From an uncultured Calditrichota bacterium (GTDB taxonomy: Bacteria; Calditrichota; Calditrichia; JAJRVZ01), in contig CAZBBC010000001.1 in assembly GCA_964489835.1 (NCBI GenBank), positions 71,564 through 135,563 of the forward strand: a DNA stretch of 64,000 nt, in the 5' to 3' direction. Position 1 is the first letter of the stretch, and each line of letters opens with the position of its first letter. The notes beneath the pieces were generated by a model, which worked only from the letters and a program-made list of their open reading frames with translations, made no database searches and was not told the DNA's origin. Position numbers and translations under genes: made by a program. This document shows, piece after piece, positions 18,023 to 27,770 of the stretch.

Positions 18023-21000
18023 ATGCGTTTACCTAAACTGGCAATCGAGAATCATCAATTTACAATCGTTGTTGTCGTTCTTCTGGTTCTTTTTGGCCTG
18101 GTTTCATTTATCACGATGCCCCGATCAGAGGATCCGCAGGTTTCTCCTGCTGGTAGCACAGTAATTGTAATATATCCAGGCGCAACCCCGGAAGATATGG
18201 AGGAATTGATTATAGATCCAATAGAAGAAGTGATCAATGAACTTGAGGATATAAAAAACATTAAATCTACCGCGGAAGACGGTTTAGCCGTCATTGGTGT
18301 TGAATTCTTGTCTGGTAGTGATCCGGAGGATAAATATTCGGATGTGGTTCAAAAAGTAAACAGTATTCGCAGCAGTTTGCCGGTAAACATATTAAATCTG
18401 GATATTGAAAAGTGGTCAATTTCAGATGTTCAAATATTACAACTTGCACTGACAACCGATTCTGCCGACTATCGACAGCTGGAACAAGAGGCGGAACGAT
18501 TGAAGAAGGACCTGGAAACAACTGCCGGCGTAAAAAAGGTCAAAATTTGGGCCTATCCGGAACAAGAAATACGCGTATCCATTGATCTGCAAAAAATGGC
18601 ACAATACGGAATAGGTTTAAACCAGGTTATTGCGGCCATACAATCAGCCAATCAGAATATTCCTGGCGGTTATGTCGATATAGGAAAACAACGTTATAAT
18701 GTAAAAACCAGTGGTTCATATGAATCGCTCAGCGATATGCAGAATACTATTGTATATGCTTCTGAAAACAATCTTCTGTATTTAAGGGATCTGGCGGAAA
18801 TATCATATGCGTACGAAGATAAAAGCTATTATGCCAGGTTCAAAGACAAAACCGCCGTGTATGTAACAGCCAGTCAAAAAACAGGTACCAATATCTTCAC
18901 CATTAAAGATAATCTCGATATAAAAATTGACACACATAAGAAACGTATGCCTAAAACCATGCAACTGGAAGTTGTGTTTGATCAATCGGATAGTGTGGGC
19001 ACACGTTTAAGTGGTTTTTTTCTGAATTTATTGCAGGGATTGATTTTGGTCGGAATAGTGGTCTTTTTGGTCATCGGTCTAAGAGCATCGGTCATTGTGA
19101 TACTTGCTATTCCGGTGTCTATCATGATCGGTATCGGTTTTGTAGATCTGAGTGATTATGGCATTGAACAGATGTCAATTGCCGGCTTGGTCATTGCGCT
19201 GGGTCTGCTGGTGGATAATGCCATCGTTGTTATCGAAAATATTTCACGTTTCATGCGGCTTGGTCACAGTAAAATAGAAGCTGCCATTCAGGGAACAAGT
19301 CAAATAGCCTGGGCGGTTGTCAGTTCCACCACCACCACGGTTCTGGCGTTCATTCCAATCATGATGATGCAAAACATTACCGGCGATTTTATTCGCAGCA
19401 TGCCTGTAACAGTAGTGTATACCCTCTCTGCATCATTGCTTATATCTCTTATTCTAACACCTTACCTGTCGAGTAAATTTTTAAAGATGAAAGATGTTAA
19501 AAAAGTAAGTTTAACACGTAAATTTTTAAATCATGAAATTGAGAATCGCTATAGAAATACACTTGCCTATTCTCTTCAGAAACCGAAACTAGTTATATTG
19601 ATAGCAGCATTGGTATTTATATCAAGTATGGCCCTATTTCCTCTGATTGGTGTCAGTTTTTTCCCAAAAGCGGAAAAACCACAATTTCTCATAAATATAG
19701 ATACTCCAGATGGGACAAATATCGAGCGTACCGATCAGATTGCCCAGTATGTTGATTCGTTATTGACAGAAAAATCGGAAATAAAACATTATGCCATTAA
19801 TATTGGTCATAGCAATCCGCGGATTTATTATAATATTATACCGAGAAGAAATACCAGTACACATACTCAATTTTTTGTGACACTTGAGGATAATGATCTG
19901 ATTACTTTTAACCGGGTCATTGAGGATTTACGGTGTCAATTGGATGGGTACCCAGGTGCTAAAATAGAAGTAAAGGAATTCGAGCAGGGACCACCGGTTG
20001 AAGCACCAATTGCAATAAGGATATTGGGAGATAATCTTTCAATTCTTAAAAATATTGCCCATGATGTTGAAAAAATGATTAGCATTAAAAATGGTACGCT
20101 TAATATCAGGAATCCTTTAAGTACCTCTAAAACCGATATTCATATAAAAATAAACAGAGACAAGGCGGGATTTTATGGTGTGCCATTGGCTGATATTGAT
20201 AAAACGGTAAGGGCCAGTGTCGCGGGATTACCGATTTCTGGTTTTCGCGACAAAGAAGGGAAAGAATATAATATTGTTATTCGCCTTCCATTCACAGGTA
20301 AGATCGGATATGAAGATCTGGACAAGATTTATGTTTCTTCTGTCACAGGGGCCCAAATACCCTTAAAACAGTTATCCTCAATTCAATTTATCGGTTCGCC
20401 AATGCTGATCAACCATTATAACCTGCAACGAAATGTGACAATTACTGCTGACGTATTGAATGATTTTTCTGTCGACCAGGTTACACGACAAATCATTTTA
20501 GATTTGAATTCTTATGAATGGCCTGCGGGCTATCGCTACAGTATCGGTGGTGAATTAGAAAGTCGGGAGGAATCTTTTGGTGGCATGATACAGGCGGTGA
20601 TTGTAGCAATAATTGGAATTTTTGCCGTTCTGGTATTGCAATTCAGATCATATACTCAGCCACTTATCGTCTTCTCTGCAATTCCATTGGCCGTTATTGG
20701 TTCGATGGTGGCTTTGCTGATTACAGGTAATTCGTTTTCATTTACCGCATTTATTGGTTTAACCAGTTTGGTCGGTATTGTGGTAAATAATTCAATTATA
20801 CTGGTAGATTATACCAATAAACTCAGGGCAGAAGGAAAAGATCTGGTGAGTGCCCTAAAGGAAGCAGGAGAAACCCGGTTTATTCCAATTATACTTACCA
20901 CAGCAACAACTGTTGGCGGTCTTTTACCTTTAACAATAGGTGGTGGTACCTTATGGGCTCCAATGGGATGGACGATAATTGGCGGTTTAATGATGTCAAC

Positions 21001-21067
21001 GGTTCTTACTCTGCTGGTGGTACCAGTGTTGTACAAATTATACTCACGAAGCCGGGTCCCGTCATAG
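18023..21067 (+). CDS. efflux RND transporter permease subunit (AcrB/CzcA superfamily)
   Basis: About 1014 aa. Typical N-terminus (AIENHQFTIVVVVLLVLFGLVSFITMPRSEDP), two large periplasmic loops and 12 TM segments with conserved VDNAIVVIEN and VNNSIILVDY blocks. ATG 18023 is preferred over TTG 18017. Confidence 0.92.
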   Translation: MRLPKLAIENHQFTIVVVVLLVLFGLVSFITMPRSEDPQVSPAGSTVIVIYPGATPEDMEELIIDPIEEVINELEDIKNIKSTAEDGLAVIGVEFLSGSDPEDKYSDVVQKVNSIRSSLPVNILNLDIEKWSISDVQILQLALTTDSADYRQLEQEAERLKKDLETTAGVKKVKIWAYPEQEIRVSIDLQKMAQYGIGLNQVIAAIQSANQNIPGGYVDIGKQRYNVKTSGSYESLSDMQNTIVYASENNLLYLRDLAEISYAYEDKSYYARFKDKTAVYVTASQKTGTNIFTIKDNLDIKIDTHKKRMPKTMQLEVVFDQSDSVGTRLSGFFLNLLQGLILVGIVVFLVIGLRASVIVILAIPVSIMIGIGFVDLSDYGIEQMSIAGLVIALGLLVDNAIVVIENISRFMRLGHSKIEAAIQGTSQIAWAVVSSTTTTVLAFIPIMMMQNITGDFIRSMPVTVVYTLSASLLISLILTPYLSSKFLKMKDVKKVSLTRKFLNHEIENRYRNTLAYSLQKPKLVILIAALVFISSMALFPLIGVSFFPKAEKPQFLINIDTPDGTNIERTDQIAQYVDSLLTEKSEIKHYAINIGHSNPRIYYNIIPRRNTSTHTQFFVTLEDNDLITFNRVIEDLRCQLDGYPGAKIEVKEFEQGPPVEAPIAIRILGDNLSILKNIAHDVEKMISIKNGTLNIRNPLSTSKTDIHIKINRDKAGFYGVPLADIDKTVRASVAGLPISGFRDKEGKEYNIVIRLPFTGKIGYEDLDKIYVSSVTGAQIPLKQLSSIQFIGSPMLINHYNLQRNVTITADVLNDFSVDQVTRQIILDLNSYEWPAGYRYSIGGELESREESFGGMIQAVIVAIIGIFAVLVLQFRSYTQPLIVFSAIPLAVIGSMVALLITGNSFSFTAFIGLTSLVGIVVNNSIILVDYTNKLRAEGKDLVSALKEAGETRFIPIILTTATTVGGLLPLTIGGGTLWAPMGWTIIGGLMMSTVLTLLVVPVLYKLYSRSRVPS

Positions 21068-21122
21068 CCTGGCAAGCAGGCTTCCGCCTAAGGCCGGATC
21101 CCGTCATAGCCGGGCAAGCAAG
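21051..21122 (+). repeat. 42-bp-offset direct duplication of the RND gene 3' end
   Basis: gccgggtcccgtcatagcctggcaagcagg (21051-21080, which includes the stop codon TAG) is repeated as gccggatcccgtcatagccgggcaagcaag (21093-21122). Identity is 27/30. Confidence 0.85.
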
Positions 21123-21143
21123 TGATTGACTGACGCTGATTTG

Positions 21144-21208
21144 CACGGATTAAAACTATAATAAAAATATTTTTTAAATATAATCCGTGTCAATCCGTGA
21201 AATCCGTG
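21144..21208. repeat. AATCCGTG micro-repeat array (one inverted plus three direct copies, 9-10 bp period)
   Basis: cacggatta at 21144-21152 pairs with taatccgtg at 21181-21189 across a 28-nt A/T loop. AATCCGTG then recurs at 21182, 21192 and 21201, followed by a T7 run. A related 13-mer (atccgtgaaatcc) recurs at 31293-31309 on the other strand. Confidence 0.8.
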
Positions 21209-21374
21209 GACTATTTTTTTCTTTGTTTGCAGTATCGCTGTGCTATGAATTAATCAGGGTAGATAACCAAATCTTAGTTGACGACTTAAATACTTTTTTT
21301 TAATTAGCTTGCAAAAGGCAGAAAGAATTTGTTATTTTCAGGCTCAATTGATGAATGAGCGTTAAAGAATAAAT

Positions 21375-22424
21375 ATGGCAACTAAAATTGCATTAGATGC
21401 AATGGGTGGTGATCATGCACCCGGGGAAATCGTACGCGGCGCGTTAAGGGCGGCCGAACTTTACCCGGAGATAGAAATCGTTCTTATTGGTGAACAGACA
21501 CTAATCGAGAATGAAATTCGGAAAGCGAAACCTAACACGCCATTTGAAATTATACATACGGATGAATGGGTAACAATGGATGAGGATCCTAAAGAAGCTA
21601 TAAGAACAAAGGAAAATGCCAGTATCAATATCGGAGCCCAAATAGTCAACGACAACCTGGTTGATGGATTGGTCAGTGCGGGCAATACCGGAGCAACCAT
21701 TCTTGCTGCCGCAAAACACATTCCGGTAATCAGTGGTATTGAACGAACAGCTTTAGCGACTATTTATCCGACAGCAAAATTTGAAAAGAGTAAAAGTGGT
21801 TTTGCTTTAATGCTGGACGTTGGGGCAACATTAAAATGTAGCGCAAAACAACTGGTTCATTTTGCCTTTATGGGCAGTTTTTACCTGTCAGAAGTACTGG
21901 CTATTCATCAACCCCGAATTGGTCTGCTCAATATCGGGGAGGAAGAAACAAAAGGTGGGGAAATTTTAACACAGACATATGCTCTTTTAAAGAAAGCGGA
22001 TGAGTTGAATTTTATTGGGAATATCGAAGGAAAAGATGTTCCTAAGGGTATTGCCGATGTGGTAGTAACCGAAGGTTTTATGGGAAATGTTGTCCTGAAA
22101 ATGCTTGAAGGTGTAGCAGATGTGGTTAAAGAAACAGGAAAATATGCATTTAAGAAAAAACTGAGCTGGAAAATTGCGATGGCCCTTTTATCACCGGGCC
22201 TAAAAAAACTTAAGCGCCGAACCGATTATAGTGAATATGGCGGTGCTCCCATTTTAGGATTTAAAAAATTGGCGATTAAGGCCCACGGCCGTTCAAACGC
22301 AAAAGCAATCGCTAATGCCATCCGGGTAGCCGCAGAATCCTCAAAACAAAATATCTGTACTAAAATAGAAGATTCCGTTGGAAGGTTTAACCTCAAGCAT
22401 GCCATTGATCTGACCGGAGTTTAA
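21375..22424 (+). CDS. plsX: phosphate acyltransferase PlsX
   Basis: 349 aa. N-terminus MATKIALDAMGGDHAPGEIVRGA, SAGNTGA and GGAPILG blocks are canonical PlsX. Confidence 0.93.
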   Translation: MATKIALDAMGGDHAPGEIVRGALRAAELYPEIEIVLIGEQTLIENEIRKAKPNTPFEIIHTDEWVTMDEDPKEAIRTKENASINIGAQIVNDNLVDGLVSAGNTGATILAAAKHIPVISGIERTALATIYPTAKFEKSKSGFALMLDVGATLKCSAKQLVHFAFMGSFYLSEVLAIHQPRIGLLNIGEEETKGGEILTQTYALLKKADELNFIGNIEGKDVPKGIADVVVTEGFMGNVVLKMLEGVADVVKETGKYAFKKKLSWKIAMALLSPGLKKLKRRTDYSEYGGAPILGFKKLAIKAHGRSNAKAIANAIRVAAESSKQNICTKIEDSVGRFNLKHAIDLTGV

Positions 22425-22430
22425 ACAGAC

Positions 22431-23138
22431 CTACTTTTTCTGCCATCGCTGATCCAATTTCACATGGGTCGGATTTAATGGAGAATATTTCTGTATATAA
22501 TCCCGGATAATGTCTCTTAAAAGAATTCCAGTACGGAAGACTTTAGAAGGGTCAACGCTGGTAAGCATCTCAAAACCGGCATTCCCATCCGCCAGATAGT
22601 CTGTTGTAACTACCCGATATTCTTTTTTGGGATAAACAGGATGATCACCTACCTGAAAATATGTTAAGCGATTGTGGCTGGGACGACGGGTATCATATTC
22701 AACCACCCCCCCACCAATGGCGAGTCCTTTACGAATGCCACTGATATTTTCTTCAATCAATCTGCGTAAAAAATCTCCCTCAACTTCTAATATGACGAGT
22801 GTCCAGCTAAACGGACAAAGAGAAAAAAGGTCCAGGTCAGTAATTTCACCTTTATAAAGGTCTGTTCTGATATCTCCATAATTTAGAAATGAAAAATCGG
22901 TACCGGTTCGCTCAAGAATGGCATCACAGACTAAATTATTCATAGAAGATTCTCGTATATTAGAGCTGATTATATCAATAGTACTTAGGCCAACCAGATT
23001 GTTCCGTGACGTTTTAGGATAATTTCGACCATCTCCACGGCTAAAATCCGGCAAAGAGGTGTTGACTGTCTTGTTATCCTGCGCGTATATAGTGGATAGC
23101 AAAAATAGTATGGCTGATATTATTAAAACAGGTCTCAT
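22431..23138 (-). CDS. secreted 5'-nucleotidase C-terminal (substrate-binding) domain protein, stand-alone
   Basis: Start moved to ATG 23138 (GGAGGG upstream), giving signal peptide MRPVLIISAILFLLSTIYA-QD. The body (NLVCDAILERTGTDFSFLNYGDIRTDLYKGEITDLDLFSLCPF ... VTTDYLADGNAGFEML) resembles the UshA/5'-nucleotidase C-terminal domain. There is no metallophosphatase domain. Confidence 0.7.
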   Translation of the reverse strand: MRPVLIISAILFLLSTIYAQDNKTVNTSLPDFSRGDGRNYPKTSRNNLVGLSTIDIISSNIRESSMNNLVCDAILERTGTDFSFLNYGDIRTDLYKGEITDLDLFSLCPFSWTLVILEVEGDFLRRLIEENISGIRKGLAIGGGVVEYDTRRPSHNRLTYFQVGDHPVYPKKEYRVVTTDYLADGNAGFEMLTSVDPSKVFRTGILLRDIIRDYIQKYSPLNPTHVKLDQRWQKK

Positions 23139-23527
23139 TTGCCCTCCATGAAAATTAAAAAGATTGCGGAAGATCACGATCGATAATTTTGAACACTGAA
23201 TATTTACACACCACATCAATAAATCTTAACTTTTAAAATACAAAAATACTAAAAATCATGCAATTATAAGGCGCACTCTATATCATTGCACCAAGGGATT
23301 ATGAATCTTTCAGAAGGAAGGGGAACACCATAGATGGATTTAATGGGCTTTCAGCAGAAGATTTGAATAAGAAAGTTTTATATTTTAAAAAGGTAGTCAG
23401 GCGGGTGAATAAAATAAAAACACCTAAAATTGTAAAAAAAATGGAAATAATAAAAAAAATTTTCTTATTATAACAAACAACCTAAATAATATTCAACCAC
23501 TATAATATTTAAAGAGAAGAATACGCT

Positions 23528-25225
23528 ATGGAGAAATGTTTGATCCTTCAAGAAAATCTTCATCAAAAAATCCGGGAGATATTAAAAATTCAGATGGATA
23601 TCTTCCATTATGATAAAATCATGATTCTGAGAGTAGATGAAGATAGAGCCTGTACTCCCATTTTGAATTCCGATGATAAAAATTATGATTCTTTCATCTT
23701 AAAATCTTTAAAGAATATTAAGCATAATCAGGTTATTCTAAAAACCAAATTGACACAAAAATCGGATCTTTATAATTTGTGTACCTTTTTTAATGTACAT
23801 GCTTTGCTCCCCATATTTCTTCAAGATATATGCGTTGCGATAATGGCAATAAATTCTCCGGTGCCTCTGTTCACCAGTCGTCAGATTGAAGTCGCCTTGT
23901 TTTCCAGCAGCTATATTGAAAATCTGATCAGTAATGAGAATTTAGTTCGGGATCTTGAAGGCTATTCCGGTAAGATGCAAAAAATGCTCAATGAAATGAT
24001 CACCCTGCATGAAATCACCCATGCTCTTGAATCATCTGAGAATCTTGATTCTCTTCTGGAATACATTATGCAAAAAAGCCAAAAGGTGATGGAAGCTGAG
24101 GCGGCATCTCTGATGCTTACTATTGAAGAATCGAATGAATTGGAATTTAAAGTAACACTAGGACCGAAAGCTACGGAGGTTAAACCATTTCGTTTACCTA
24201 TTGGCCAGGGTATTTCTGGCTGGGTCGCTCAAACAAAGGAAGCCTTACTTATTTCCGATGCCTATTCTGATCCCCGTTTTGATCCATCGTTTGATAAGCG
24301 AAGTGGATTCAAAACCCGTTCGATGCTCTGCGTTCCCATGATTTATAAATCAAAAGTTGTTGGTGTGATGACATTAATAAATAAACTGGACGGGAAACCT
24401 TTCAATAAGAATGATCAGATACTTTTCACAATTTTTGCTTCACAGGCAGCGCTTTCTATCGAAAACGCCCGTCTTCTATATTCCGCTATAGAAAAAGAAA
24501 GATTGGATAAAGAACTTCAGGTTGCAGCCGAAATACAAAACTTGCTTATTCCGCAATCTATCCCCAGTTCTTCCTATCTAGACATTGCCGCAGAGTATAT
24601 TCCCTGCAAAGAAGTAGGCGGAGATTTTTATGATATTATCAAACTGGATAAAGATCGCTTTATTTTTGTGGTGGCAGATGTTTCCGGTAAAGGCATCCCA
24701 GGAGCTCTGGTTGTTTCTAACATGCAGGCCACTCTTCGAGCCTTTCTGGAATATAGTGCCGATCTTCTGCCCATCGTCACCCGATTAAATGAAGCAATTA
24801 TCCGCCAAACCACATCAGACCGGTATATTACTTTTTTTATCGGATTATATGATCATCGGAAATCCAGTTTAACATTTATAAATGCCGGACACAATCCACC
24901 GTTACTGATCAAAAAAGAGGGTAAAATACATGAATTAAAAACAGGGGGAATTTTTATTGGTTTTATGCCCTGGGAATTTGAAAGCGAAACAGTACCATTT
25001 GAGAACGGGGATACATTGATCATGTACACTGACGGATTGGTTGAAGCTATGAATTATAACGAAGAAGAATTTGAATTATCCCGACTGAAAAATATTTTAG
25101 AAGAAAATCCGTCAGCGAGCAGTAATCGTCTTAAGAAAGAGATTATTAGACGGGTGAATGATCATATCGGCACAAATCCTTTATCCGACGATTTTACTTT
25201 GCTTATTTCGCGGAAAATTGAATAA
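23528..25225 (+). CDS. GAF-domain sensor fused to PP2C-type (SpoIIE/RsbU-like) serine phosphatase
   Basis: The central GAF domain (ASLMLTIEESNELEFKVTLGP ... GISGWVAQTKEALLISDAYSDPRFD ... MLCVPMIYKSKVVGVMTLINK) is followed by the SpoIIE block EVGGDFYD ... VVADVSGKGIPGAL ... NAGHNPPLL ... YTDGLVEA ... DDFTLL. Confidence 0.85.
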   Translation: MEKCLILQENLHQKIREILKIQMDIFHYDKIMILRVDEDRACTPILNSDDKNYDSFILKSLKNIKHNQVILKTKLTQKSDLYNLCTFFNVHALLPIFLQDICVAIMAINSPVPLFTSRQIEVALFSSSYIENLISNENLVRDLEGYSGKMQKMLNEMITLHEITHALESSENLDSLLEYIMQKSQKVMEAEAASLMLTIEESNELEFKVTLGPKATEVKPFRLPIGQGISGWVAQTKEALLISDAYSDPRFDPSFDKRSGFKTRSMLCVPMIYKSKVVGVMTLINKLDGKPFNKNDQILFTIFASQAALSIENARLLYSAIEKERLDKELQVAAEIQNLLIPQSIPSSSYLDIAAEYIPCKEVGGDFYDIIKLDKDRFIFVVADVSGKGIPGALVVSNMQATLRAFLEYSADLLPIVTRLNEAIIRQTTSDRYITFFIGLYDHRKSSLTFINAGHNPPLLIKKEGKIHELKTGGIFIGFMPWEFESETVPFENGDTLIMYTDGLVEAMNYNEEEFELSRLKNILEENPSASSNRLKKEIIRRVNDHIGTNPLSDDFTLLISRKIE

Positions 25226-25235
25226 TTGATATTCT

Positions 25236-26966
25236 TCACAGTTTACGCAGATCTCGCCAGAGAAGAATTCCTAAACAGCAGCTGACAATGGACAAAAGAA
25301 TACCTACCCCAAATCGGCCAAACAATAAACTACCGATGGCAAATAAAAAGCTGTAAATCAACAATACGCCATATATCCAATCTCTCAAAGAGACAGTAAG
25401 GGAATCTTCAGATCGACTAAGACCATAGGGTTCATAAATTCTTTTCCATAATGTACCTGCGGGTTTCACTCTGTTATAGAACTTTATCAAAACATCATCT
25501 TTTTCGGGTGCGGTAAGAAAAGTAACGGCAAGCCAGATCATTGTCGATCCCAGAACCGTTACAATCATCAGAAGACTGAACTGTTCAGGATCCCCGGTAG
25601 ACATACCGAAACCCAGCTGCAAAATGATGGAAATCACGAATGATGCAATCATAGCCGAGATTTCTGACCAGGCATTTATGCGCCACCAGTACCACCGGAG
25701 AATGAAAACCAATCCTGCACCGGCACCGATAGCCATTAGAAACTTCCAGGCGCCTGAGATGGTATCCATCGCCATTGTTGTTAAAACACCCAAAAATAAA
25801 ATAAGCAAGGTTGCCAACCGGGAAACCAAAACATAATGGCGGTGACTTGCACTTTTTTTAATAAATCTTTTGTAAAAATCATTAACAAGATAGGAAGAGC
25901 CCCAATTGAGTTGTGTACTGATAGTGGACATAAAGGCAGCAGCAAAAGAAGCAAGTAACAGCCCTCGCAGACCGGCCGGTAATGTATCAACAATCATTAA
26001 AACATAACCGGACTCTTTATCCGTCAGATCGGGATATATGACCAATGACACCAGAGCTACAATAATCCATGGCCATGGGCGGATGGTATAATGAGCGATA
26101 TTAAACCATAAGGTAGCAAAGATACCGTGTTTCTCATCCTTGGCAGAAAAAATTCTTTGTGCAATATAACCGCCACCGCCTGGCTCCGCTCCCGGATACC
26201 ATGTAGCCCACCAATTCACAGCCAGGTATATAAAAACCGCAGAAATTGGCATCCAAACCGATCCTATATCAGGAATAAAGGATAAAATTTGGGTATGTCC
26301 GCCGGGGAGACTATCCAGTTTCGTCAATAACGACTCCATTCCTCCGACATAATCCACGGCAAAAACAGCAAGAATTATAGCCCCCAGAATAGCAATAAAA
26401 AATTGGAAAAAATCTGTAATAACTACTCCCCATAATCCGGATAGTAAAGAATAGGAAAGGGTGACTGTGACACAAATCAGGACGGCGGTCCATTTATCCA
26501 AACCCGTAGCAGTAGCAATAATTTTTGCCATTGCCAATGTAACCCATCCCATAATAATTGAATTTATTGGAAGGGCAAGATAAAGCGCCCGGAATCCCCG
26601 CAAAAAAGCTGCCGGTTTTCCGCCATATCGTATTTCAGTGAATTCTACATCCGTCAGTACACCCGAACGACGCCAAAGTCTTGAGTAAAAAAATACAGTT
26701 AATAAACCACTCATAACCATGTTCCACCATAACCAGTTTCCGGCAATGCCATGTAAGGCCACCAAACCCGTAACGGCCAGGGGTGTGTCCGCAGCAAAGG
26801 TGGTGGCAACCATTGATGTCCCCGCCAGCCACCAAGGTAGATTTCTTCCGGAGACAAAGAATTCCTCAATATTTTTACTCGCACGCCCAGAATATTTTAA
26901 ACCGATGACGATTACGAATAGAAAGTAGAAGAGAATAATAAAAAAATCCCATCCGCCAATCTGCAT
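25236..26966 (-). CDS. sodium:solute symporter (SSS) family transporter
   Basis: 576 aa and polytopic. N-terminal pattern FFVSGRNLPWWLAGTSMVATTFAADTPLAVTG is typical of SSS family proteins. The substrate cannot be inferred. Confidence 0.85.
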   Translation of the reverse strand: MQIGGWDFFIILFYFLFVIVIGLKYSGRASKNIEEFFVSGRNLPWWLAGTSMVATTFAADTPLAVTGLVALHGIAGNWLWWNMVMSGLLTVFFYSRLWRRSGVLTDVEFTEIRYGGKPAAFLRGFRALYLALPINSIIMGWVTLAMAKIIATATGLDKWTAVLICVTVTLSYSLLSGLWGVVITDFFQFFIAILGAIILAVFAVDYVGGMESLLTKLDSLPGGHTQILSFIPDIGSVWMPISAVFIYLAVNWWATWYPGAEPGGGGYIAQRIFSAKDEKHGIFATLWFNIAHYTIRPWPWIIVALVSLVIYPDLTDKESGYVLMIVDTLPAGLRGLLLASFAAAFMSTISTQLNWGSSYLVNDFYKRFIKKSASHRHYVLVSRLATLLILFLGVLTTMAMDTISGAWKFLMAIGAGAGLVFILRWYWWRINAWSEISAMIASFVISIILQLGFGMSTGDPEQFSLLMIVTVLGSTMIWLAVTFLTAPEKDDVLIKFYNRVKPAGTLWKRIYEPYGLSRSEDSLTVSLRDWIYGVLLIYSFLFAIGSLLFGRFGVGILLSIVSCCLGILLWRDLRKL

Positions 26967-27227
26967 TCATATCTCCTTTTTGATGAACAAATAAGATTAA
27001 ATAATACATACCATTGAGGCAAGTTCAATTTGGATGTAATGAAGAACAGGCAATTTCCATTTTAACCGGACACTCATGATAAAATATTTTAAATAACATG
27101 TAAAATCCATCCAGACTTTAAAGCAAATATCCGATTATTGCTTGTTTGTTCATATCAGAACTTTTAAATTCTTAAAGATAGGGTGTAGAAATTTTCTATG
27201 ATTATAAATTAATTCAGGAGTTTTTTA

Positions 27228-27770
27228 ATGGTTGATGAGGATACGATGTGGGGAAATATATTTCATAAAGAAAAAAAAACGGTGCAGAATATTTACTCGG
27301 TTCTTGCCAAGATTCCAATATTTAAGGATCTGTCAAAAAGAGAGCTACGATCTATTGAGAGAATTCTACATAGACGATCGTATAAATCTGATGAAGTTCT
27401 GTTTCGTGAGGGCGATCCCGGGGTCGGGATGTATATTATCGAATCTGGCAGGGTAAATATTACCCTGGGACATGAAAATAAGCTATTAGCGGTATTATCC
27501 GATAATGAATTTTTTGGTGAGATCGCCCTTCTTTCGGAAACGCCACGAACAGCCACGGCAACGTCCGTTACTAATAGTAGTATTCTTGGCTTTTTTCAGT
27601 CGGACCTGTTTGGTCTGTTAGAAACTAATCCACGGATGGGAAATAAAATATTGCTCAGACTGGCCCAGATGATCGGTGATCGTTTAAGATTTTCAAATCT
27701 GGAGAACCAGCAGTTAAAACTAAAAATTTCAAAGATTGAAGAAAAGTCTACAAAAAAAAGGATTTCTTAA
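27228..27770 (+). CDS. cyclic-nucleotide-binding domain protein (stand-alone cNMP domain)
   Basis: 180 aa. FREGDPGVGMYIIESGRVNI ... FFGEIALLSETPRTATATS is the CAP/PKA-type phosphate-binding cassette. No DNA-binding HTH follows. AGGAG lies upstream of the ATG. The stop overlaps the next start (TAATG). Confidence 0.85.
   Translation: MVDEDTMWGNIFHKEKKTVQNIYSVLAKIPIFKDLSKRELRSIERILHRRSYKSDEVLFREGDPGVGMYIIESGRVNITLGHENKLLAVLSDNEFFGEIALLSETPRTATATSVTNSSILGFFQSDLFGLLETNPRMGNKILLRLAQMIGDRLRFSNLENQQLKLKISKIEEKSTKKRIS

Noticed and set aside
21182-21208. The short direct-repeat array (AATCCGTG x3), considered as a possible CRISPR or mini-CRISPR.
   Set aside because: The units are 8 bp long with 1-2 bp between them. 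There are no spacers of 25-40 bp, and no cas genes in the window. This is not a CRISPR array.
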